Below, piece after piece: positions 18,601 to 26,826 of a DNA stretch of 30,166 bases. The DNA comes from a virus (Duplodnaviria; Caudoviricetes). The notes beneath the pieces are model-generated. The model saw nothing but the letters and a program-made list of their open reading frames with translations, made no database searches and had not been told where the DNA came from. The position numbers were made by a program, and so were the translations under genes. Within the stretch, counting starts at the first letter, position 1. Every line of letters starts with the position of its first letter. The stretch spans positions 1 through 30,166 of the IMG/VR virus record IMGVR_UViG_3300047669_001117; one strand, written 5' to 3'.

Positions 18601-21463
18601 CATGAACAAATAAATCATAATTGTCTGTTGGTATCTCAGAAAATCTACTATTAGATAATGAGTTGTTCTCTGATTGTAGTTTGAAATTGTTAACGAAGCC
18701 GCCTAACTTTGAACCTAACTTAAATGAATACTTGTCTTTGTCAGCAAGAACAACACTAGTGTCTATGCCTTCGTTCTTATTAGAGTATGTAATAATTTCT
18801 TTTATCTGCGTACTATAATTGTACATAACTTCAAAAGGACTCGACAACAACATTAACATAAATTCAGCAAAAGCAAATTCACTACTTCTTGTCCAAGCGA
18901 GTTCTACTGGTGAACCATCACCGAACTCCCATGCTTGACTCATCAATAGTACATCACTAGATGTTATTGCACTGCCAAAGAATAAGTCACTTGGTGTCTT
19001 TAAGTTTCCAGAAGCATCAACGGGCACTGGACAAGATAACGAATTTGTCGATATCAATGTTGTCCAAAATGAAGTCAATGTATAATCACTACCATATGTT
19101 GCATCAAATCCCGTTGGTTGTTGTGATAGTTTTATTGCTTTCCATGGTTCTAAAAGAGGTCTATCTGTGCCATATGCATTTATTAGTTGTCCTCTCCAGT
19201 GTCCACTAGAATTCTCATCCTTTGCTCGATAGTTCCACGTTTTATATGCTGAGGCATCTGCATCGAAGTCGGTGTTCTCTAGGTTGTCTACATTATTTCT
19301 CATCATCCATTTCTTAAAGAATGGATACATAATGTATTTCTTTTCAATATTAGAATAATCAGCACTAGCGGTGCCATATAATCCATAATTCATTGCATCG
19401 ATATCAGCACTACTTGGTTCATGTATGTTACTTAGACTATTAAATACTAAAGTTTCAAATGAAAGAAGTACAGTATCGATTCTGTTTCTTTTGCCATCTT
19501 CTTGTGGGTACGAAGGTGTCAATGACCCGTCATGTCCTCGAATAAATTCGACATTAGAACTATATTCTGTATCTGTGATATAAGCAGGTGGATATACTGG
19601 CGCAATCTTCAATGATGCCGCACTTGGTGGTATATAAGTTTCTTTTGTATTAGTGTAATGTCTAACAGTTAATTTATCACCTGCTGATAGTGTTTTTTGA
19701 AAATGTATTTGTGTTGCACCAGATGATAATGTGTAATCTATTAGTAATATCTGAATGACGTTGTTTAGAATAACAACAATATCTTTATCGTTTAATATTG
19801 CATCACTGAACGTTGGCATTACTTGTTCTGTTGCGTTAGCGATTACCGTAGCATCTAGTGTTTGATAATGAGAATGAATATCACCAAAGTTTAACATAGT
19901 ACTATCTCTAAAGATACTTACACTTGAATGTTTTCCAAGAGCAATGGTACTAATTGCTTCTTCTAATATTTGTAAATCAGTTTTAGTCGCACTTGAACTT
20001 AATTCTAAAATAGAAATAATAGTAGTCAATAATTTGTTTTTGTACCCATTGTATGCACCAGATAAAAATTCTGTTGCTTTAATCGGGTCGTAGTCGTCTC
20101 GTGTTAGTGCGAAGTATGCCTCTTTGACATCAACTGTGTTACGAATAAGAACACTGCCTTGATCTGCATATCTTAGTTTGTCTGTGTTTGTTCCTGATGT
20201 TCTGTAGTTATTGACTGCGTTTGCATTGCCAGTTAATCCAGGCACAGTTTCGATTATACGAACAAGATGTTCGTAGACAAGAGAGTACGTCATCTCTGTA
20301 TCTACATATGATTTGTTATCTACGTTATATTCAACTGCTGGATTGAGACGTTGGAACACTGTAGCGCCATCATATACAACTGGAGTAGCAGTACAATAAT
20401 CAACGTATACATTGCCACTGACTGCTTCAGTCATTGTAATTTTATTTGTAGCACTACTAAATGTGTAGTTTCCTATTTGTTTCTGTCCCTCTACATATAA
20501 ATCTATTGTACTAGCATTCTTTGGTGCTTGTAGCAATTCGATATCTGTTACTGCTATACTATCACCCAATTCTTGTCTTAGATTTCGATAATCAAATGTC
20601 GATGAGATATATAACTTTTTGTACGCTGTTGATAGTTTGTAAGTCGAAGTCGTTAACAAGTCTATATTAAATACGAATTCACTTTCATAGTCACCAGATA
20701 TTAACTTCGGTTTAAATCCTAGTTCAGTGTCGGTTGTATACAAACCAGTTACATAATGAAATATTTTTATGTCACTGATATATGTATTACTAGAATTATA
20801 TGATTTGAATGTAGGAACAGTAAATGAAGATGAGACTGTTGTTGCCGCACTAGTAACACTCAACTCAATGTTCTTATCGAATTCAATAATAGGTCTTAGT
20901 GCTTGAGATATTAAAGTAAAGTTAGCATCAGTAATTAAGGCTTTAATGTCATCATAGTGATACCATGAATTATTAGTTTTCCAAAAGTCTGTTGCTGTAG
21001 AATCTTTGTCAATCGTAACATAATGCTTCTTTGTTGAACCAGTAATTGATGCATCAAATCCAGGAGATACCCAGTAGTACATACTATAGTTGACAAACTT
21101 GTCTAAGTCTATCGGTAAACTTACTGTCTCTAAACTACTTTTGAACAATCTTCTATGGTCGTTAGTTAACGCACCCTTGTTGTACATTGCGTTGAGCAAA
21201 TCATCATAGAATATATTATCAGTTGCATTTGCATTTGTAAAAGTTGGTTCAAGACCATAATTATCTCTTGCATATGCGGTTGCCGGATACGAAAGATATA
21301 TATCATTGCTGTTATATATTCCTTTTTCTTTTCTACCAACAAATGCTTTTGCCTTCTCCATTTCACCAACAGAGAATACACGGTCGAGTGTAGTTTCGAA
21401 TATTGTTTCTAACTCATCGTTCTTTAAATGACTTGGTAAAAAGTCATAAATCTTCTTTGCCAT
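12698..21463 (-). CDS. Giant baseplate wedge-like structural protein (gp7 position, 2921 aa) with inserted repeat domains
   Basis: Directly follows the gp6-like gene. N-terminal IYDFLPSHL and C-terminal YVREAKPYHVKV resemble gp7/tail-protein-I-type wedge motifs. Carries internal beta-rich accessory domains. Confidence 0.65.
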   Translation of the reverse strand: MAKKIYDFLPSHLKNDELETIFETTLDRVFSVGEMEKAKAFVGRKEKGIYNSNDIYLSYPATAYARDNYGLEPTFTNANATDNIFYDDLLNAMYNKGALTNDHRRLFKSSLETVSLPIDLDKFVNYSMYYWVSPGFDASITGSTKKHYVTIDKDSTATDFWKTNNSWYHYDDIKALITDANFTLISQALRPIIEFDKNIELSVTSAATTVSSSFTVPTFKSYNSSNTYISDIKIFHYVTGLYTTDTELGFKPKLISGDYESEFVFNIDLLTTSTYKLSTAYKKLYISSTFDYRNLRQELGDSIAVTDIELLQAPKNASTIDLYVEGQKQIGNYTFSSATNKITMTEAVSGNVYVDYCTATPVVYDGATVFQRLNPAVEYNVDNKSYVDTEMTYSLVYEHLVRIIETVPGLTGNANAVNNYRTSGTNTDKLRYADQGSVLIRNTVDVKEAYFALTRDDYDPIKATEFLSGAYNGYKNKLLTTIISILELSSSATKTDLQILEEAISTIALGKHSSVSIFRDSTMLNFGDIHSHYQTLDATVIANATEQVMPTFSDAILNDKDIVVILNNVIQILLIDYTLSSGATQIHFQKTLSAGDKLTVRHYTNTKETYIPPSAASLKIAPVYPPAYITDTEYSSNVEFIRGHDGSLTPSYPQEDGKRNRIDTVLLSFETLVFNSLSNIHEPSSADIDAMNYGLYGTASADYSNIEKKYIMYPFFKKWMMRNNVDNLENTDFDADASAYKTWNYRAKDENSSGHWRGQLINAYGTDRPLLEPWKAIKLSQQPTGFDATYGSDYTLTSFWTTLISTNSLSCPVPVDASGNLKTPSDLFFGSAITSSDVLLMSQAWEFGDGSPVELAWTRSSEFAFAEFMLMLLSSPFEVMYNYSTQIKEIITYSNKNEGIDTSVVLADKDKYSFKLGSKLGGFVNNFKLQSENNSLSNSRFSEIPTDNYDLFVHAGVPNRSEYFSAIVLEKVSLDVPYPVYSLASTSTYVKGDIVLNSNDSKYYKRKVTTQTAKESATPNVIAFDYSAWTLISQPKTNKFGFQVHGYDEINPTFYSMGWDKASGEKVFSTAGDKLPLKQWQGGEYYRLDSYVLWNETPYVCLTNHTSTTIFDDNIKDWKPVTEWPTTNKTHASGYKELVDDTIKNYNYGDILETVDDVAHLIMGYQHYLKLVGWEFTDSDQSGDIIDWENLLYKFLDWQSEQHTIGDFITLTPLLTGGSFNANYGVASVATETFKNFYRVVDASGRLIPSTELSFHTDGAKLSFTSNIPIYGMKMDVRDIEHAFVVDRVDSYEDIIYDPHTHTRNLRMQIDCNRTVDWDGTMSVDGYLVNDNQLIPNFDTMIEETRHYRNTLVDQGLSVVNKLKSNHMGYTTRAYLSNHGVERESQLEFYKGFLSHKGTNSSINRIVNNNSNFKDIKHSDIWAVKLSDYGHESTNLTMTKDITVNDMISDPFLIEYSNITKTLIAQTTKPTLAIKTAGYVDASDVNYKVNSQKDLVDLATSTTTLYEGDTAWVQFDTDRDWDVVRLSEVAEISYVGETSDNQLYIGMLTAIDSAFVDKPIYIKISGDEIDPSIDGYYLLAANGTKTVSATTIYEYLVFEEDFEPVIVEIDASTTSSIFVPTNADAGIEAIGSVSNPVFTGSDIFIIDGESFTYTPGAASASGISILGTVANPVVAEGEQARFVIYNASGLVENTTNTTVTFSGTVATTTGAFSSTVSDILTIDGTTLTVAYSASAGISLTSTAVKSSPLTTGTTVVIDGVTKTVADLTRTGTVTAPVMTSTKPLSINGQVVTLTNGDTLADIIIAINSISTSVVASNSGTNELVLTTSSPELDMSGSVLLDLGLSAGTLYYDSKLDNLATELDTLTNITCTVGTNIVIASSATSMVISGTALSELGITAGTYQSNSNPTATSVVAQINALGITGVSAAVVTGTIKITSTNHNLDIVEVTAGAMGRLGFASLSDGIVDATVNILNDLNTQVFSTSGTTATQSDRQILITSSEKSIVTSNITGNSLSDIGITVGTFSNTSVLSSTAIGFAGQITAASTAGLSVNLSSDGRMIFTHAGVSMSFSGTTTELLTRVGLVRDYSAVTSSANYKAMLWKSIRHTSGVNGTTFTDFYSSLGLNSTSKLWIDDYENKGWAILDRSSTGTLSVYAKQSAVIDTDLTKRLIIKDGENFINHQIYDPLNLKMPGSIVSKLDYIAWNDPASYDVVTSSDIWLDEKLDKIWWDTDLSRFYRYNDYGDSNGNLDVKFVKKYWGLLVPGSSVVVKKWTKSRILPVETLTYNTKKYYDDVAGKEVTDYFYWSSASTDVVEIAMLISAGGTKNKFIPVGSSSVLISNNATSYDSETISATLHYQQETGVRKGHSDWEMLAENSDTTVPAKFLTDMVDSLSNLTIVDTYNQRLSSSQLSDVNHAIIPISWITDLAINDIVVTVNSDTVKASYLTIDGSNLKISRTSFTMIEGDILRVYKVASKADNWFTNNLTARSNFASIINDTMKSKLLLSAYASYKEYIDTDDIIFKLTDWYLNDNYKAIDVFSYLSTTRNFDMMAEYNSGIKSFKIKLPTHNEYYFEHDGVLKLVNRSKSSLSVSFDSMVYPETSFTTYYDNAVGIQIQELMNMIQDYPDTSFINNIFFTMVNYLYTEKSYPAWLFKTSYIDLNLYNRDLKQYAVYQRDSETDVLEYVREAKPYHVKVREITRTHSTSDKLTASTTIDEKMIQTIAFGKGGISRYAEQLIDGGDYDTSNPDSFSSISDGEYEQGSLLRNRNNLTNTNTGFDTGFVRFDGLEATIVRLQDYDVDITGGTSGHTLEKTIFYVYDIYGRGYSVNASATGTISAFTGTTLTVTSSDATLFDAGASNTNKKLIAVQKAGSSDIEFMLYEKKVSRELTISNRALYTGLGHGFTNLDTVYVLDTPLQIVLQDL
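15210..16590 (-). repeat. Protein-level nested repeat array (5 N-halves + 5 C-halves, flagellin-hook-IN-like)
   Basis: Five G(T/S)VxxP...I(D/N)G..T(V/L)-type segments followed by five helix-IN...IT...L..LG...GT segments in the translation. Confidence 0.7.
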
Positions 21464-21464
21464 A

Positions 21465-24400
21465 TTATTTGCCTACCAATTCAGATGATGCTAATTGTGT
21501 AATTATTTTTACGTCACTAGATGTTGTTACTGCCATGAATATTTCATTTAATGCACACGATATACTTAGTAAATCTTCAAATTTATTGCCTGAATATTTC
21601 GGTGTAATTACTACACTTGAAATATAATCGCCAAGTTCTTTATGCAAGAATGCCGCTAGTTCTGAGAAGTAGAATGTTGCTCCGAAGTCCCAGTTATTAA
21701 TTGCAAAGTATTCATTTACTTTTGTAGATACTGCTGTTTTAATTTCACTATCAGTGTATCCGACTCCCAGTTTCTTAATGACTTTGAATATTGCTTGGTT
21801 CTCTACTTTAGCATATGAGCCAAATAGATATTTAAACTGTACTGGAATATAAGCAATATGGTCTGCTATTGCGCCCTTCGGTTCAATACTATTCATTATC
21901 TTTGCTAATTCAAAATTGTTTGGAGCAACTGGAACAGTAGTCAAGAAATCATTTGCTATCCATTCATTTACCTTTCTAACATAATCAGCACTCAATACAT
22001 ACATATCGACAATATTACTAGTACTAGGATCTATTCGCTTGTTTATATCAGCATAATGGTCCCATCTAAAACTCGTAAATTCGTCTTTAACGAACGTGAT
22101 GCCCTCTGTCACTCTGTATTGTATACTGTTATAGTTTATTTGAATTAAAGGTGGAGTGACAGTAGTTTGATCTACATGTCCAGTTAATGCACTCCAGCCA
22201 CCCGCTTCTCGGATGTACCAGACAGTATCAGTTGTATTATAATATATTGTTGCGGCTTCTGGAACTTTAGTAGTTGCCGATGCGGCAACTACAGTTTTAG
22301 ATGCTCTTTCATATTTTATATTATTGTTAATGTATTGTTCCATTACAACAGTCTCACCAGTTGTAATATCTAGCATAGCAAATGGATTATCGTTTGTATC
22401 TGAAGTTAATAGTTTAACTTTTGTACTATCTACGTATCCTGCTGGTGTTAAGTAGTCATCATACACATATGAAGATGCATCGGTATAGGTAGTAGTAGTT
22501 GAGTTTGTTCCTACTGACAGTCCAAATGTTGCACTAACTCTCACTGAGAAGTCTGCAAAAGTTGATAATGTCGCACTCGTGCCAATAATTACATCGATGA
22601 GTTCTCCAACTGTTACTGCGTATGTCCAAAAAATAATCTTATAGTTTGTGCCACTTGTATTAGTAACTGTTATATCATCATTACTAAGTATTGTGCCTGC
22701 ACTATTTCTGAGTAAAATATTACTAGTAGTAAGTGCTGTTGCACTTGATACTGTAAATTCTCCGTAAGCATATTGTTTGAAATATATATCAGCATCAATA
22801 CTGTTATAAAGAGCCGATGCGGCAGTAGACATAGTAAAAGTATATTCAGTCGTATTTGCGTCATATACAGTAGTGAACTCATTAGTTTCTGCGGCATCTG
22901 ATACATCAGCCCACTTGAAGTTATTACTTGCCGCGGCTGTGTTAAAATAAGATAACGATATCTTTCCCTTGAATCCTAAAGTATCTAGTTGATTAGACGA
23001 TTGAGTTGAATGTGAATTATTAGAGTCACTAACATTACCAGTATATCCCTCTAGGAATCCAACTGCATCAAGTGATGTGAAAACATCTGAAACAGAAGTT
23101 GCAGTAACGGGAACATCTGTTCCGCCTGATATAGGAGTGCCGCTGTTGCTATAGTTTGCCAAATCGCTGATGGCAGCAGAAAGTTTGTATTCATTCGTGT
23201 CTGCTGGTACCGCTGTATATTCGTCTGTATATCCAATAATCTTCCATGTGCTAGATGTGGGATATGTAATCTCGGTCGCTCTATCGAGATCATATTCTAT
23301 TCCAGCGGGAGATACTAGACTATGAGTATATGTTGCATTATTAAGATAGTCATTATCTTCTACAAAATCGTAAGTTGTTGGAGCACCACTATATTTAAAT
23401 ATAGCATCAAATGTTGCGCCTGTGCTACCATCAGTTGTCAAAGTTGTTATTGGAACTTGTCCCACTGTAACTTTCTTACCACTATCATTAGTTGATGTTC
23501 CTACTGTTGTTGGATCTTCTTTTAAGTAATTAATAAATATAACATCTCGTTTAGCCAGATTTGTTTCATTATCGATTACATCAGTTGTGTTGCCATAGAA
23601 AAACTTAACTTGGTCTCTACTTTCGAATGCAACTTTTTTGCCTGTAAATTTGGCAGTATACTGTGATTCATTATCTCTGATACCAGAATTATAATTAAAT
23701 ACGACAAAGACATCTGATGCCGCAGGTGTTGTTGTGATGACTTTCCATTCCCATTCAGTTGGTTTAGACGCTGAGTATATGTATCGTAACGTAAAAGTTT
23801 GCTCAGTACTACTATCAACTACCTCTTTAATTTTAACGATTTCACCATCCGTGAATTTAGTTCTAAATCCCCTCACTACTGATTTAAGTGTTCCAACTTC
23901 TGGAATAAACTTATTTAATGTAAGTGTATCGTTTGTGTAAGTCGTTGTTTCTACTTTCTTAACATCTGCCCAAATAGTTTTTCCCGATGCAGTCATTAAT
24001 AACTCAACGTAGTCTCCTACAAAAACGCCACTAGTTGGTGCGGCAACTGTTGTAATTTTCATTCCATCTGTTGCATCAACGCTGTAAGTTGTTGTCTGTT
24101 CAATAACTGTATTATTACTAGTAGCAGGCGATACTAATTTATTCTTATGAAAATAACTATTCAATAAACTTGGATGTTTCAGTGCTTTGGATAATTCATT
24201 TCTTATAAAGTTATCACTCTTTCCTTGTAGTTTATTGTAACTCAATGGGATTGATACTATCTCATCTTCAATAAATAAACTTCCATCTGAACCAGTCACA
24301 CTCAAGTTAGAGTGATGTCCTAGAACGTCATCAGTTTCATAAAAACGTGAGTTGCCAGCAAATGATGTATTTACTGATTTTAATTTAGTAACTACATTGT

Positions 24401-25739
24401 TTCCTAAAGATAGAGGATATACATTATAATCTTGTGCATTGACCATTCTGTCTTGTGCGTAATAACTTCTTGGAGCAATTCTTCTCACACTAGAATATGT
24501 TTCACCAGCGAAGTTTTCACCAAAGTCAATCGTACTTGACATTGTTAATGTTAGTCTATAAGTTCTGTTGTCAGTTCCGATATATGGAATTGTTATAATT
24601 TTATCAGTAATGTCGTTCGTATTTACAGAGAAATTATCGTTGTCAACTATTCTATACCATGCTCTGTAGTTGCCATATGCCGCGTTGCCAAAAACACCAT
24701 CTGGATAATGTAGATCAATTCCGTTGTTGTCATTAGAATTTATACTTACAATATCTCCAGAACCAGTTCGTAAACTGTTGTAGATTGCTGTCTCTCTCGT
24801 GTTGTTATCAATTGATGTTACACTTGATACGTAATCTCTAACTGAGTCTATCTTCTGAATCCACACATCAGAATTAGATATATTAGGTTCGTTTATTGCT
24901 TCTATTCTATTTGAGATTTTATTATTATAAGTGAAATCTTGAAATGCAAGTGTGCCCTGTACTGCATATACAAAGAATCCAGTTCTATCACTTGCTGAAC
25001 CCAAACTGTCATTTCTATTAACAATTGTAAAGTTGTTACCTGGGTTAGGCTCCGCTTCAAATATCTTTTTATCAACCGTGTTTAATGCTACACGAACTGC
25101 TTCAAATTCTCTGCCCTTGCCATTAATGTTTGCAGAAAATGGATAGTTTACGCTCTTTGTATTTGTGTCTTCGTTTATCTCATATAAAGAATGCTCAACA
25201 TCTGTTATAGTTAAAGTAGATGATGGATTCTGAATTTTAGTTGTGCCTGCGAATGAAGAATTTAAGATACTGATAAAGTTCTCATACCAATCTACATTAT
25301 TACTGTCATTCCAAATAATATTCTTACCAGCCAGAGTGACACCTTCATTGTCGAGTACACCTTCGTCAGTTGTTACACTAGTAATCTTCATGAAGCCTTT
25401 TGCATTGATTGGTCTAGTTTTGTTGTAACCTAGTGTCTTTGCCATTTGTAGAATACTTGCTCTACGTTCAGCAGTGTCCATGAAGTTCTCACGAGTATTC
25501 ATGTCCAATCTAAATGATAAACTATGTCCAAGATACGCGACCAAATCTAAGATAGCAATAAATTCTGAACTTGCAATGAAATCATTAAATTTATCAGGAT
25601 AAGTTTGAACCGTGTAGGCTAATAATGCCTCTCTGATTGTGTCGAAGTCATATGCTTTAAGACTGATGTTAGTAAATGCAGTATATACTGCTGTCCAACT
25701 CTCACTTGCAAATAAATTGTCTGTTCGTTCTTGGCTCAT
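21465..25739 (-). CDS. Baseplate wedge subunit, T4 gp6-like (enlarged, 1424 aa)
   Basis: YDFDTIREAL...FIAILDLVAYLG...ENFMDTAERRASILQMAKTLGY, YPDGVFGN, GETYSSVRRIAP..YYAQDRMVNAQDY, C-terminal DFGATFYFSEL; follows gp25. Confidence 0.88.
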   Translation of the reverse strand: MSQERTDNLFASESWTAVYTAFTNISLKAYDFDTIREALLAYTVQTYPDKFNDFIASSEFIAILDLVAYLGHSLSFRLDMNTRENFMDTAERRASILQMAKTLGYNKTRPINAKGFMKITSVTTDEGVLDNEGVTLAGKNIIWNDSNNVDWYENFISILNSSFAGTTKIQNPSSTLTITDVEHSLYEINEDTNTKSVNYPFSANINGKGREFEAVRVALNTVDKKIFEAEPNPGNNFTIVNRNDSLGSASDRTGFFVYAVQGTLAFQDFTYNNKISNRIEAINEPNISNSDVWIQKIDSVRDYVSSVTSIDNNTRETAIYNSLRTGSGDIVSINSNDNNGIDLHYPDGVFGNAAYGNYRAWYRIVDNDNFSVNTNDITDKIITIPYIGTDNRTYRLTLTMSSTIDFGENFAGETYSSVRRIAPRSYYAQDRMVNAQDYNVYPLSLGNNVVTKLKSVNTSFAGNSRFYETDDVLGHHSNLSVTGSDGSLFIEDEIVSIPLSYNKLQGKSDNFIRNELSKALKHPSLLNSYFHKNKLVSPATSNNTVIEQTTTYSVDATDGMKITTVAAPTSGVFVGDYVELLMTASGKTIWADVKKVETTTYTNDTLTLNKFIPEVGTLKSVVRGFRTKFTDGEIVKIKEVVDSSTEQTFTLRYIYSASKPTEWEWKVITTTPAASDVFVVFNYNSGIRDNESQYTAKFTGKKVAFESRDQVKFFYGNTTDVIDNETNLAKRDVIFINYLKEDPTTVGTSTNDSGKKVTVGQVPITTLTTDGSTGATFDAIFKYSGAPTTYDFVEDNDYLNNATYTHSLVSPAGIEYDLDRATEITYPTSSTWKIIGYTDEYTAVPADTNEYKLSAAISDLANYSNSGTPISGGTDVPVTATSVSDVFTSLDAVGFLEGYTGNVSDSNNSHSTQSSNQLDTLGFKGKISLSYFNTAAASNNFKWADVSDAAETNEFTTVYDANTTEYTFTMSTAASALYNSIDADIYFKQYAYGEFTVSSATALTTSNILLRNSAGTILSNDDITVTNTSGTNYKIIFWTYAVTVGELIDVIIGTSATLSTFADFSVRVSATFGLSVGTNSTTTTYTDASSYVYDDYLTPAGYVDSTKVKLLTSDTNDNPFAMLDITTGETVVMEQYINNNIKYERASKTVVAASATTKVPEAATIYYNTTDTVWYIREAGGWSALTGHVDQTTVTPPLIQINYNSIQYRVTEGITFVKDEFTSFRWDHYADINKRIDPSTSNIVDMYVLSADYVRKVNEWIANDFLTTVPVAPNNFELAKIMNSIEPKGAIADHIAYIPVQFKYLFGSYAKVENQAIFKVIKKLGVGYTDSEIKTAVSTKVNEYFAINNWDFGATFYFSELAAFLHKELGDYISSVVITPKYSGNKFEDLLSISCALNEIFMAVTTSSDVKIITQLASSELVGK

Positions 25740-25740
25740 A

Positions 25741-26097
25741 TTATTCTCTCTCTAAATCTATTTTTAATTCTACTGGCTCATTCGTTGGTAGAATTTGAAG
25801 GCGCACGATTGCGTTAATAGTGTGATTCGAATCAGTAACTTCAATACTAACAAAGTTACACCGTGGATCATCTTTTATAATTTCTGTTAAATCTTCTTCA
25901 ATTAACTCAGTTGTTTCAGATGTTAAGGGTTCAAATAACATATCATGAATAATAGAGCCATAATTGGGTAGCATTACACGTTCACCTCTACGAGTCATGA
26001 TATGATTCATAAGGTCTTCGACCACTAAATCTTTATCAGTCAACTCATGATTGATTGCTTTTTTACTTTTTGTGCTAAAACCAGTGAATAATGCCAT
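25741..26097 (-). CDS. Baseplate wedge subunit, gp25/GpW family
   Basis: DLMNHIMTRRGERVMLPNYGSIIHDMLFEP...DDPR signature; 118 aa. Confidence 0.93.
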   Translation of the reverse strand: MALFTGFSTKSKKAINHELTDKDLVVEDLMNHIMTRRGERVMLPNYGSIIHDMLFEPLTSETTELIEEDLTEIIKDDPRCNFVSIEVTDSNHTINAIVRLQILPTNEPVELKIDLERE

Positions 26098-26130
26098 TTT
26101 GTTCTTTTCTCTGTAGTTAATTACTAAATG

Positions 26131-26140
26131 TATTTATCTT
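26131..26140 (-). promoter_or_regulatory. T4-late-like promoter box for the gp25-gp6-giant wedge operon
   Basis: Minus strand AAGATAAATA, identical 10-mer to 12658-12649, about 35 nt upstream of the gp25 ATG. Confidence 0.6.
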
Positions 26141-26163
26141 GGTATAAACTTCGCAGTTTTAGA

Positions 26164-26204
26164 TTGACAATTGGATGCAATTCTGTTATGATAGTATATA
26201 AATA
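26164..26204 (+). promoter_or_regulatory. clpP promoter: sigma70 consensus plus T4-late box
   Basis: TTGACA (26164-26169), 17 nt, TATGAT (26187-26192) with extended -10 TG (26184-26185). Then perfect TATAAATA (26197-26204). RBS AAGGA at 26222-26226. Confidence 0.8.
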
Positions 26205-26235
26205 ATAGTAATAATCACAACAAGGATAATAAGAT

Positions 26236-26826
26236 ATGCCAAATCTAGTACCAATGGTCGTTGACCAATCAGCAAATGGAGAGCGTAGTTACGATATTTT
26301 CTCTCGTTTATTAAAAGAAAGAGTGATATTTTTGACTAGCGAAGTGAATGACTACCAAGCAGACTTGATTTGTGCCCAGTTATTATTCTTAGAAGCAGAG
26401 AATCCAGACAAAGATATTCATTTTTATATCAATTCTCCAGGTGGGGCAGTCACGTCCGGTATGGCAATCTATGATACGATGCAATTTATCGGTTCTGATG
26501 TTGCAACTACTGTAATGGGTCAAGCATGTTCTATGGGTTCGTTACTTGCTCAAGCAGGTGCGAAAGGAAAACGACATGTGTTACCGAATGCTCGTACAAT
26601 GATACATCAACCAAGTGGTGGTGCAGGTGGTCAAGCAACCGATATGAAGATTCAAGTCGATGAAATGATGAAACTTAAAGAAAGATTGACTCAAATCTAC
26701 GTGAATCATAATTCTGCTGGAAAGACATTTGATGAGTTAACTGAAGCGATGGAACGTGACAACTTCATGTCAGCAGAAGAAACTGTTGCTTATGGATTAG
26801 CAGATAAAGTCATAGATAGTCGTTAA
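26236..26826 (+). CDS. clpP: ATP-dependent Clp protease proteolytic subunit
   Basis: [26 protein letters not shown], catalytic Ser (QACSMGS), His (MIHQP), Asp (ERDNF); GQATD handle motif. Confidence 0.98.
   Translation: MPNLVPMVVDQSANGERSYDIFSRLLKERVIFLTSEVNDYQADLICAQLLFLEAENPDKDIHFYINSPGGAVTSGMAIYDTMQFIGSDVATTVMGQACSMGSLLAQAGAKGKRHVLPNARTMIHQPSGGAGGQATDMKIQVDEMMKLKERLTQIYVNHNSAGKTFDELTEAMERDNFMSAEETVAYGLADKVIDSR

Noticed and set aside
12698-25739. Inteins, introns or DGR variable repeats explaining the size of the wedge genes
   Set aside because: No intein end motifs, homing endonuclease or reverse transcriptase seen; the size is explained by accessory domains.
26169-26182. AATTG-N4-CAATT inverted repeat in the clpP promoter spacer as an operator
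   Set aside because: 5-bp AT-rich arms are expected by chance, and no second copy was noticed.
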